A stretch of 64,000 nt of DNA from Leptogorgia sarmentosa (lineage: Eukaryota), in the NCBI GenBank assembly GCA_964658305.1, contig OZ210884.1, positions 2,232,001 through 2,296,000 on the forward strand, written 5' to 3'. A model generated the notes under the pieces. The model was given only the letters and a program-made list of their open reading frames with translations. It searched no databases and was not told the DNA's origin. How positions within the stretch are numbered: position 1 is the first letter of the stretch; every line of letters begins with the position of its first letter. A program made the translations under genes and the position numbers. Shown here piece by piece: positions 40,801 through 53,699 of the stretch.

Positions 40801-43429
40801 TTCACCTGGTATGGTATATTTGCTATTGCTATTGCTCCTGTTGAGATTCCTTTGAAACAACGGGCTACCCATCATCATGCCCTTGCTCGTATTTTTATCA
40901 CAGGTTTACGACATTTTCGCTGCACATTGCTCTTGGCATGGTGAATACGCATGGTAAATTTGTTGGCGACACCATTCAAAATGGAAGCCACAGAAGCAAT
41001 CAAGTCCCTTCACCTGGTATGGTATATTTGCTATTGCTATTGCTCCTGTTGAGATTCTTTGAAACAACGGGCTACCCATCATCATGCCCTTTTTCGTATT
41101 TTTATCACAGGTTTACGAAATTTTCGCTGCACATTGCTCTTGGCATGGTGAATACGCATGGGAAATTTGGTTGCGACACCATTCAAAATGGAAGCCACAG
41201 AAGCAATCAAGTCCCTTCACCTGGTATGGTATATTTGCTATTGCTATTGCTCCTGTTGAGATTCCTTTGAAACAACGTGCTACCCATCATCATGCCCTTG
41301 CTCGTATTTTTATCACAGGTTTACGAAATTTTCGCTGCACATTGCTCTTGGCGATGGTGAATACGCATGGTAAATTTGGTGGCGACACCATTCGAAATGG
41401 AAGCCACAGAAGCAATCAAGTCCCTTCACCTGGTATGGTATATTTGCTATTGCTATTGCTCCTGTTGAGATTCCTTTGAAACAACGAGCTACCCATCATC
41501 ATGCCCTTGCTCGTATTTTTATCACAGGTTTACGACATTTTCGCTGCACATTGCTCTTGGCATGGCGAATACGCATGGTAAATTTGGTGGCGACACCATT
41601 CAAAATGGAAGCCACAGAAGCAATTAAGTCCCTTCACCTGGTATGGTATATTTGCTATTGCTATTGCTCCTGTTGAGATTCCTTTGAAACAACGGGCTAC
41701 CCATCATCATGCCCTTGCTCGTATTTTTATCACAGGTTTACGGAATTTTCGCTACACATTGCTCTTGGCATGGTGAATACGCATGGTAAATTTGGTGGCG
41801 ACACCATTCAAAATGGAAGCCACAGAAGCAATCAAGTCCCTTCACCTGGTATGGTATATTTGCTATTGCTATTGCTCCTGTTGAGATTGCTTTGAAACAA
41901 CGGGCTACCCATCATCATGCCCTTGCTCGTATTTTTATCACAGGTTTACGACATTTTCGCTGCACATTGCTCTTGGCATGGCGAATACGCATGGTAAATT
42001 TGGTGGCGACACCATTCAAAATGGAAGCCACAGAAGCAATCAAGTCCCTTCACCTGGTATGGTATATTTGCTATTGCTATTGCTCCTGTTGAGATTCTTT
42101 GAAACAACGGGCTACCCATCATCATGCCATTGCTCGTATTTTTATCACAGGTTTACGACATTTTCGCTGCACATTGCTCTTGGCATGGTGAATACGCATG
42201 GTAAATTTGGTTGCGACACCATTCAAAATGGAAGCCACAGAAGCAATCAAGTCCCTTCACCTGGTATGGTATATTTGCTATTGCTATTGCTCCTGTTGAG
42301 ATTCCTTTGAAACAACGGGCTACCCATCATCATGCCCTTGCTTGTATTTTTATCACAGGTTTACGGAATTTTCGCTACACATTGCTCTTGGCATGGTGAA
42401 TACGCATGGTAAATTTGGTGGCGACACCATTCAAAATGGAAGCCACAGAAGCAATCAAGTCCCTTCACCTGGTATGGTATATTTGCTGTTGCTATTGCTC
42501 CTGTTGAGATTCCTTTGAAACAACGGGCTACCCATCATCATGCCCTTGCTCTTATTTTTATCACAGGTTTACGAAATTTTCGCTGCACATTGCTCTTGGC
42601 ATGGTGAATACGCATGGTAAATTTGGTGGCGACACCATTCAAAATGGAAGCCACAGAAGCAATCAAGTCCCTTCACCTGGTATGGTATATTTGCTATTGC
42701 TATTGCTCCTGTTGAGATTCCGTTGAAACAACGGGCTACCCATCATCATGCCCTTGCTCGTATTTTTATCACAGGTTTACGAAATTTTCGCTGCACATTG
42801 CTCTTGGCGATGGTGAATACGCATGGTAAATTTGGTGGCGACACCATTCAAAATGGAAGCCACAGAAGCAATCAAGTCCCTTCACCTGGTATGGTATATT
42901 TGCTATTGCTATTGCTCCTGTTGAGATTCCGTTGAAACAACGGGCTACCCATCATCATGCCCTTGCTCGTATTTTTATCACAGGTTTACGAAATTTTCGC
43001 TGCATATTGCTCTTGGCGATGGTGAATACGCATGGTAAATTTGGTGGCGACACCATTCAAAATGGAAGCCACAGAAGCAATCAAGTCCCTTCACCTGGTA
43101 TGGTATATTTGCTACTGCTATTGCTCCTGTTGAGATTGCTTTGAAACAACGGGCTACCCATCATCATGCCCTTGCTCGTATATTTATCACAGGTTTACGA
43201 ACTTTTCCCTGCACATTGCCCCTGGCATGGTGAATACGCATGGTAAATTTGGTGGCGACACCATTCAAAATGGAAGCCACAGAAGCAATCAAGTCCCTTC
43301 ACCTGGTATGGTATATTTGCTATTGCTATTGCTCCTGTTGAGATTCCTTTGAAACAACGTGCTACCCATCATCATGCCCTTGCTCGTATTTTTATCACAG
43401 GTTTACGAAATTTTCGCTGCACATTGCTC

Positions 43430-44700
43430 TTGGCGATGGTGAATACGCATGGTAAATTTGGTGGCGACACCATTCAAAATGGAAGCCACAGAAGCAATCA
43501 AGTCCCTTCACCTGGTATGGTATATTTGCTATGGCTATTGCTCCTGTTGAGATTCCTTTGAAACAACGGGCTACCCATCATCATGCCCTTGCTCGTATTT
43601 TTATCACAGGTTTACGACATTTTCGCTGCACATTGCTCTTGGCATGGTGAATACGCATGGTAAATTTGGTGGCGACACCATTCAAAATGGAAGCCACAGA
43701 AGCAATCATGTCCCTTCACCTGGTATGGTATATTTGCTATTGCTATTGCTCCTGTTGAGATTCTTTGAAACAACGGGCTACCCATCATCATGCCATTGCT
43801 CGTATTTTTATCACAGATTTACGACATTTTCGCTGCACATTGCTCTTGGCATGGTGAATACGCATGGTAAATTTGGTTGCGACACCATTCAAAATGGAAG
43901 CCACAGAAGCAATCAAGTCCCTTCACCTGGTATGGTATATTTGTTATTGCTATTGCTCCTGTTGAGATTCCTTTGAAACAACGGGCTACCCATCATCATG
44001 CCCTTGCTCGTATTTTTATCACAGGTTTACGGAATTTTCGCTACACATTGCTCTTGGCATGGTGAATACGCATGGTAAATTTGGTGGCGACACCATTCAA
44101 AATGGAAGCCACAGAAGCAATCAAGTCCCTTCACCTGGTATGGTATATTTGCTATGGCTATTGCTCCTGTTGAGATTCCTTTGAAACAACGGGCTACCCA
44201 TCATCATGCCCTTGCTCGTATTTTTATCACAGGTTTACGACATTTTCGCTGCACATTGCTCTTGGCATGGTGAATACGCATGGTAAATTTGGTGGCGACA
44301 CCATTCAAAATGGAAGCCACAGAAGCAATCAAGTCCCTTCACCTGGTATGGTATATTTGCTATTGCTATTGCTCCTGTTGAGATTCTTTGAAACAACGGG
44401 CTACCCATCATCATGCCATTGCTCGTATTTTTATCACAGGTTTACGACATTTTCGCTGCACATTGCTCTTGGCATGGTGAATACGCATGGTAAATTTGGT
44501 TGCGACACCATTCAAAATGGAAGCCACAGAAGCAATCAAGTCCCTTCACCTGGTATGGTATATTTGCTATTGCTATTGCTCCTGTTGAGATTCCTTTGAA
44601 ACAACGGGCTACCCATCATCATGCCCTTGCTCGTATTTTTATCACAGGTTTACGGAATTTTCGCTACACATTGCTCTTGGCATGGTGAATACGCATGGTA
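43430..44700 (+). repeat. 3-mer higher-order repeat (623 bp)
   Basis: ORF offsets 43644>44267 and 43877>44500 are both 623. CTATGGCT, GATTCTTT/TGCCATT and GGTTGCG/ACGGAA recur. A related earlier copy lies at ~41980-42400. Confidence 0.85.
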
Positions 44701-46139
44701 AATTTGGTGGCGACACCATTCAAAATGGAAGCCACAGAAGCAATCAAGTCCCTTCACCTGGTATGGTATATTTGCTATTGCTATTGCTCCTGTTGAGATT
44801 CCTTTGAAACAACGGGCTACCCATCATCATGCCCTTGCTCTTATTTTTATCACAGGTTTACGAAATTTTCGCTGCACATTGCTCTTGGCATGGTGAATAC
44901 GCATGGTAAATTTGGTGGCGACACCATTCAAAATGGAATCCACAGAAGCAATCAAGTCCCTTTACCTGGTATGGTATATTTGCTATTGCTCCTGTTGAGA
45001 TTCCTTTGAAACAACGGGCTACCCATCATCATGCCCTTGCTCGTATTTTTATCACAGGTTTACGAAATTTTCGCTGCACATTGCTCTTCGCATGGTGAAT
45101 AGGCATGGAAAATTTGGTGGCGACACCATTCAAAATAGAAGCCACAGAAGCAATCAAGTCCCTTAACCTGGTATGGTATATTTGCTATTGCTATTGCTCC
45201 TGTTGAGATTCCTTTGAAACAACGGGCTACCCATCATCATGCCCTTGCTCGTATTTTTATCACAGGTTTACGAACTTTTCGCCGCACATTGCTCTTGGCA
45301 TGGTGAATACGCATAGTAAATTTGGTGGCGACACCATTCGAAATGGAAGCCACAGAAGCAATCAAGTCCCTTCACCTAATATGGTATATTTGCTATTGCT
45401 ATTGCTCCTGTTGAGATTCCTTTGAAACAACGGGCTACCCATCATCATGCCCTTGCTCGTATTTTTATCACAGGTTTACGAAATTTTCGCTGCACATTGC
45501 TCATGGCATGGTGAATACGCATGGTAAATTTGGTGGCGACACCATTCAAAATCGAAGCCACAGAAGCAATCAAGTCCCTTCTCCTGGTATGGTATATTTG
45601 CTATTGCTCCTGTTGAGATTCCTTTGAAACAACGGGCTACCCATCATCATGCCCTTGCTCGTATTTTTATCACAGGTTTACGAAATTTTCGCTGCACATT
45701 GCTCTTGGCATGCTGAATACGCATGGTCAATTTAGTGGCGACACCATTCAAAATGGAAGCCACAGAAGCAATCAAGTCCCTTCACCTGGTATGGTATATT
45801 TGCTATTGCTATTGCTCCTGTTGAGATTCCTATGAAACAACGGGCTACCCATCATCATGCCCTTGCTCGTATTTTTATCACAAGTTTACGATATTTTCGC
45901 TGCACATTGCTCTTGGCATGGTGAATAGGCATGGAAAATATGGTGGCGACACCATTCAAAATGGAAGCCACAGAAGCAATCAAGTCCCTTCACCTGGTAT
46001 GGTATATTTGCTATTGCTATTGCTCCTGTTGAGATTCCTTTGAAACAACGGGCTACCCATCATCATGCCCTTGCTCGTATTTTATCACAGGTTTACGAAA
46101 TTTTCGCTGCACATTGCTCTTGGCATGGTGAATACGCAT

Positions 46140-48800
46140 GGTAAATTTGGTGGCGACACCATTCAAAATGGAAGCCAGAGAAGCAATCAAGTCCCTTCAC
46201 CTGGTATGGTATATTTGCTATTGCTCCTGTTGAGATTCCTTTGAAACAACGGGCTACCCATCATCATGCCCTTGCTCGTATTTTTATCACAGGTTTATGA
46301 AATTTTCGCTGCACATTGCTCTTGGCATGGTGAAACCGCATGGTAAATTTGGTGGCGACACCATTCAAAATGGAAGCCACAGAAGCAATCAAGTCCCTTC
46401 ACCTGGTATGGTATATTTGCTATTGCTATTGCTCCTGTTGAGATTCCGTTGAAACAACGGGCTACCCATCATCATGCCCTTGCTCGTATTTTTATCACAG
46501 GTTTACGAAATTTTCGCTGCACATTGCTCTTGGCGATGGTGAATACGCATGGTAAATTTGGTGGCGACACCATTCAAAATGGAAGCCACAGAAGCAATCA
46601 AGTCCCTTCACCTGGTATGGTATATTTGCTATTGCTCCTGTTGAGATTCCTTTGAAACAACGGGCTACCCATCATCATGCCCTTGCTCGTATTTTTATCA
46701 CAGGTTTACGAAATTTTTGCTGCACATTGCTCTTGGCATGGTGAATACGCATGGTAAATTTGGTGGCGACACCATTCAAAATGGAAGCCACAGAAGCAAT
46801 CAAGTCCCTTCACCTGGTATGGTATATTTGCTATTGCTCCTGTTGAGATTCCTTTGAAACAACGGGCTACCCATCATCATGCCCTTGCTCGTATTTTTAT
46901 CACAGGTTTACGAAATTTTTGCTGCACATTGCTCTTGGCATGGTGAATACGCATGGTAAATTTGGTGGCGACACCATTCAAAATGGAAGCCACAGAAGCA
47001 ATCAAGTCCCTTCACCTGGTATGGTATATTTGCTATTGCTCCTGTTGAGATTCCTTTGAAACAACGGGCTACCCATCATCATGCCCTTGCTCGTATTTTT
47101 ATCACAGGTTTATGAAATTTTCGCTGCACATTGCTCTTGGCATGGTGAAACCGCATGGTAAATTTGGTGGCGACACCATTCAAAATGGAAGCCACAGAAG
47201 CAATCAAGTCCCTTCACCTGGTATGGTATATTTGCTATTGCTATTGCTCCTGTTGAGATTCCGTTGAAACAACGGGCTACCCATCATCATGCCCTTGCTC
47301 GTATTTTTATCACAGGTTTACGAAATTTTCGCTGCACATTGCTCTTGGCGATGGTGAATACGCATGGTAAATTTGGTGGCGACACCATTCAAAATGGAAG
47401 CCACAGAAGCAATCAAGTCCCTTCACCTGGTATGGTATATTTGCTATTGCTCCTGTTGAGATTCCTTTGAAACAACGGGCTACCCATCATCATGCCCTTG
47501 CTCGTATTTTTATCACAGGTTTACGAAATTTTTGCTGCACATTGCTCTTGGCATGGTGAATACGCATGGTAAATTTGGTGGCGACACCATTCAAAATGGA
47601 AGCCACAGAAGCAATCAAGTCCCTTCACCTGGTATGGTATATTTGCTATTGCTCCTGTTGAGATTCCTTTGAAACAACGGGCTACCCATCATCATGCCCT
47701 TGCTCGTATTTTTATCACAGGTTTACGAAATTTTTGCTGCACATTGCTCTTGGCATGGTGAATACGCATGGTAAATTTGGTGGCGACACCATTCAAAATG
47801 GAAGCCACAGAAGCAATCAAGTCCCTTCACCTGGTATGGTATATTTGCTATTGCTCCTGTTGAGATTCCTTTGAAACAACGGGCTACCCATCATCATGCC
47901 CTTGCTCGTATTTTTATCACAGGTTTATGAAATTTTCGCTGCACATTGCTCTTGGCATGGTGAAACCGCATGGTAAATTTGGTGGCGACACCATTCAAAA
48001 TGGAAGCCACAGAAGCAATCAAGTCCCTTCACCTGGTATGGTATATTTGCTATTGCTATTGCTCCTGTTGAGATTCCGTTGAAACAACGGGCTACCCATC
48101 ATCATGCCCTTGCTCGTATTTTTATCACAGGTTTACGAAATTTTCGCTGCACATTGCTCTTGGCGATGGTGAATACGCATGGTAAATTTGGTGGCGACAC
48201 CATTCAAAATGGAAGCCACAGAAGCAATCAAGTCCCTTCACCTGGTATGGTATATTTGCTATTGCTCCTGTTGAGATTCCTTTGAAACAACGGGCTACCC
48301 ATCATCATGCCCTTGCTCGTATTTTTATCACAGGTTTACGAAATTTTTGCTGCACATTGCTCTTGGCATGGTAAATACGCATGGTAAATTTGGTGGCGAC
48401 ACCATTCAAAATGGAAGCCAGAGAAGCAATCAAGTCCCTTCACCTGGTATGGTATATTTGCTATTGCTCCTGTTGAGATTCCTTTGAAACAACGGGCTAC
48501 CCATCATCATGCCCTTGCACGTATTTTTATCACAGGTTTATGAAATTTTCGCTGCACATTGCTCTTGGCATGGTGAAACCGCATGGTAAATTTGGTGGCG
48601 ACACCATTCAAAATGGAAGCCACAGAAGCAATCAAGTCCCTTCACCTGGTATGGTATATTTGCTATTGCTATTGCTCCTGTTGAGATTCCGTTGAAACAA
48701 CGGGCTACCCATCATCATGCCCTTGCTCGTATTTTTATCACAGGTTTACGAAATTTTCGCTGCACATTGCTCTTGGCGATGGTGAATACGCATGGTAAAT
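46140..48800 (+). repeat. 4-mer higher-order repeat (815 bp = 209 + 3x202), ~3 copies plus a truncated copy
   Basis: ORFs at 46449, 47264 and 48079 are 815 apart, then 48692 follows at 613. TTTATGA/GAAACCGC, CCGTTG+GCGATG and TTTTTGC recur. Confidence 0.9.
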
Positions 48801-49990
48801 TTGGTGGCGACACCATTCAAAATGGAAGCCAGAGAAGCAATCAAGTCCCTTCACCTGGTATGGTATATTTGCTATTGCTCCTGTTGAGATTCCTTTGAAA
48901 CAACGGGCTACCCATCATCATGCCCTTGCTCGTATTTTTATCACAGGTTTACGAAATTTTCGCTGCACATTGCTCTTGGCATGGTGAATACGCATGGTAA
49001 ATTTGGTGGCGACACCAATCAAAATGGAAGCCACAGAAGCAATCAAGTCCCTTCACTTGGTATGGTATATTTGCTATTGCTATTGCTCCTGTTGAGATTC
49101 CTTTGAAACAACGGGCTACCCATCATCATGCCCTTGCTCGTATTTTTATCACAGGTTTACGACATTTTCGCTGCACATTGCTCTTGGCGATGGTGAATAC
49201 GCATGGTAAATTTGGTGGCGACACCATTCAAAATAGAAGCCACAGAAGCAATCAAGTCCCTTCACCCGGTATGGTATATTTGCTATTGCTATTGGTCCTG
49301 TTGAGATTCCTTTGAAACAACGGGCTACCCATCATCATGCCCTTGCTCGTATTTTTATCACAGGTTTACGAAATTTTCGCTGCACATTGCTCTTGGCGAT
49401 GGTGAATACGCATGGTAAATTTGGTGGCGACACCATTCAAAATGGAAGCCAGAGAAGCAATCAAGTCCCTTCACCTGGTATGGTATATTTGCTATTGCTC
49501 CTGTTGAGATTCCTTTGAAACAACGGGCTACCCATCATCATGCCCTTGCTCGTATTTTTATCACAGGTTTACGAAATTTTCGCTGCACATTGCTCTTGGC
49601 ATGGTGAATACGCATGGTAAATTTGGTGGCGACACCAATCAAAATGGAAGCCACAGAAGCAATCAAGTCCCTTCACTTGGTATGGTATATTTGCTATTGC
49701 TATTGCTCCTGTTGAGATTCCTTTGAAACAACGGGCTACCCATCATCATGCCCTTGCTCGTATTTTTATCACAGGTTTACGACATTTTCGCTGCACATTG
49801 CTCTTGGCGATGGTGAATACGCATGGTAAATTTGGTGGCGACACCATTCAAAATAGAAGCCACAGAAGCAATCAAGTCCCTTCACCCGGTATGGTATATT
49901 TGCTATTGCTATTGGTCCTGTTGAGATTCCTTTGAAACAACGGGCTACCCATCATCATGCCCTTGCTCGTATTTTTATCACAGGTTTACG
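48700..49990 (+). repeat. 3-mer higher-order repeat (620 bp)
   Basis: ORF offsets 48692>49312 and 49103>49723 are both 620. CCAGAG, ACCAATC/CACTTGG and AATAGA/CACCCGG recur. Confidence 0.85.
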
Positions 49991-52900
49991 AAATTTTCGC
50001 TGCACATTGCTCTTGGCATGGTGAATACGCATGGTAAATTTGGTGGCGACACCAATCAGAATGGAAGCCACAGAAGCAATCAAGTCCCTTCACTTGGTAT
50101 GGTATATTTGCTATTGCTATTGCTCCTGTTGAGATTCCTTTGAAACAACGGGCTACCCATCATCATGCCCTTGCTCGTATTTTTATCGCAGGTTTACGCA
50201 ATTTTCGCTGCACATTGCTCTTGGCATGGTGAATACGCATGGTAAATTTGGTGACGACACCATTTCAAATGGAAGCCACAGAAGCAATCAAGTCCCTTCA
50301 CCCGGTATGGTATATTTGCTATTGCTATTGGTCCTGTTGAGATTCCTTTGAAACAACGGGCTACCCATCATCATGCCCTTGCTCGTATTTTTATCACAGG
50401 TTTACGAAATTTTCGCTGCTCATTGCTCTTGGCACGGTGAATACGCATGGTAAATTCGGTGGCGACACCATTCAAAATGGAAGCCACAGAAGCAATCAAG
50501 TCCCTTCACCTGGTATGGTATATTTGCTATTGCTATTGCTCCTGTTGAGATTCCTTTGAAACAACGGGTTACCCATCATCATGCCCTTGCTCGTATTTTT
50601 ATCACAGGTTTACGAAATTTTCGCTGCACATTGCTCTTGGCATGGTGAATACGCATGGTAAATTTTGTGCCGACACCATTCAAAATGGAAGTCACAGAAG
50701 CAATCAAGTCCCTTCACCTGGTATGGTATATTTGCTATTGCTATTGCTCCTGTTGAGATTCCTTTGAAACAACGGGCTACCCATCATCATGCCCTTGCTC
50801 GTATTTTTATCACAGGTTTACGAAATTTTCGCTGCACATTGCTCTTGGCATGGTGAATACGCATGGTAAATTTTGTGCCGACACCATTCAAAATGGAAGT
50901 CACAGAAGCAATCAAGTCCCTTCACCTGGTATGGTATATTTGCTATTGCTATTGCTCCTGTTGAGATTCCTTTGAAACAACGGGCTACCCATCATCATGC
51001 CCTTGCTCGTATTTTTATCACAGGTTTACGAAATTTTCGCTGCACATTGCTCTTGGCGATGGTGAATACGCATGGTAAATTTGGTGGCGACACCATTCAA
51101 AATGGAAGCCACAGAAGCAATCAAGTCCCTTCACCTGGTATGGTATATTTGCTATTGCTATTGGTCCTGTTGAGATTCCTTTGAAACAACGGGCTACCCA
51201 TCATCATGCCCTTGCTCGTATTTTTATCACAGGTTTACGAAATTTTCGCTGCACATTGCTCTTGGCACGGTGAATACGCATGGTAAATTTGGTGGCGACA
51301 CCATTCAAAATGGAAGCCACAGAAGCAATCAAGTTCCTTCACCTGGTATGGTATATTTGCTATTGCTATTGCTCCTGTTGAGATTCCTTTGAAACAACGG
51401 GCTACCCATCATCATGCCCTTGCTCGTATTTTTATCACAGGTTTACGAAATTTTCGCTGCACATTGCTCTTGGCATGGTGAATACGCATGGTAAATTTCG
51501 TGCCGACACCATTCAATGTGGAAACCACAGAAGCAATCAAGTCCCTTCACCTGGTATGGTATATTTGCTATTGCTATTGCTCCTGTTGAGATTCCTTTGA
51601 AACAACGGGCTACCCGTCATCATGCCCTTGCTCGTATTTTTATCAAAGGTTTACGAAATTTTCGCTGCACATTGCTCTTGGCATGGTGAATACGCATGGT
51701 AAATTTGGTGGCGACACCATTCAAAATGGAAGCCACAGAAGCAATCAAGTCCCTTCACCTGGTATGGTATATTTGCTATTGCTATTGGTCCTGTTGAGAT
51801 TCCTTTGAAACAACGTGCTACCCATCATCATGCCCTTGCTCGTATTTTTATCACAGGTTTACGAAATGTTCGCTGCACATTGCTCATGGCACGGTGAATA
51901 CGCATGGTAAATTTGGTGGCGACACCATTCAAAATGGAAGCCACAGAAGCAATCAAGTTCCTTCACCTGGTATGGTATATTTGCTATTGCTATTGCTCCT
52001 GTTGAGATTCCTTTGAAACAACGGGCTACCCATCATCATGCCCTTGCTCGTATTTTTATCACAGGTTTACGAAATTTTCGCTGCACATTGCTCTTGGCAT
52101 GGTGAATACGCATGGTAAATTTTGTGCCGACACCATTCAATGTTGAAGCCACAGAAGCAATAAAGTCCCTTCACCTGGTATGGTATATTTGCTATTGCTA
52201 TTGCTCCTGTTGAGATTCCTTTGAAACAACGGGCTACCCATCATCATGCCCTTGCTCGTATTTTTATCACAGGTTTACGAAATTTTCGCTGCACATTGCT
52301 CTTGGCATGGTGAATACGCATGGTAAATTTGGTGGCGACACCATTCAAAATGGAAGCCACAGAAGCAATCAAGTCCCTTCACCTGGTATGGTATATTTGC
52401 TATTGCTATTGCTCCTGTGGAGATTCCTTTGAAACAACGGGCTACCCATCATCATGCCCTTGCTCGTATTTTTATCACAGGTTTAAGAAATTTTCGCTAC
52501 GCATTGCTCTTGGCATGGTGAATACGCATGGTAAATTTGGTGGCGACACCATTCAAAATGGAAGCCACAGAAGCAATCAAGTCCCTTCACCTGGTATGGT
52601 ATATTTGCTATTGCTATTGCTCCTGTTGAGATTCCTTTGAAACAACGGGCTACCCATCATCATGCCCTTGCTCGTATTTTTATCACAGGTTTACGAAATT
52701 TTCGCTGCACATTGCTCTTGGCATGGTGAATACGCATGGTAAACTTGGTGGCGACACCATTCAAAATGGAAGCCACAGAAGCAATCAAGTCCCTTCACCT
52801 GGTATGGTATATTTGCTATTGCTATTGCTCCTGTGGAGATTCCTTTGAAACAACGGGCTACCCATCATCATGCCCTTGCTCGTATTTTTATCACAGGTTT

Positions 52901-53699
52901 AAGAAATTTTCGCTACACATTGCTCTTGGCATGGTGAATACGCATGGTAAATTTGGTGGCGACACCATTCAAAATGGAAGCCACAGAAGCAATCAATTCC
53001 CTTCACCTGGTATGGTATATTTGCTATTGCTATTGCTCCTGTTGAGATTCCTTTGAAACAACGGGCTACCCATCATCATGCCCTTGCTCGTATTTTTATC
53101 ACAGGTTTACGAAATTTTCGCTGCACATTGCTCTTGGCATGGTGAATACGCATGGTAAATTTGGTGGCGACACCATTCAAAATGGAAGCCACAGAAGCAA
53201 TCAAGTCCCTTCACCTGGTATGGTATATTTGCTATTGCTATTGCTCCTGTTGAGATTCCTTTGAAACAACGGGCTACCCATCATCATGCCCTTGCTCGTA
53301 TTTTTATCACAGGTTTACGAAATTTTCGCTGCACATTGCTCTTGGCATGGTGAATAGGCATGGTAAATTTGATGGCGACACCATTCAAAATGGAAGCCAC
53401 AGAAGCAATCAAGTCCCTTCACCTGGTATGGTATATTTGCTATTGCTATTGCTCCTGTTGAGATTCCTTTGAAACAACGGGCTACCCATCATCATGCCGT
53501 TGCTCGTATTTTTATCACAGGTTTACGAAATTTTCGCTGCATATTGCTCTTGGCATGGTGAATACGCATGGTAAATTTGGTGGCGACACCATTCAAAATG
53601 GAAGCCACAGAAGCAATCAAGTCCCTTCACCTGGTATGGTATATTTGCTATTGCTATTGCTCCTGTTGAGATTCCTTTGAAACAACGGGCTACCCATCA

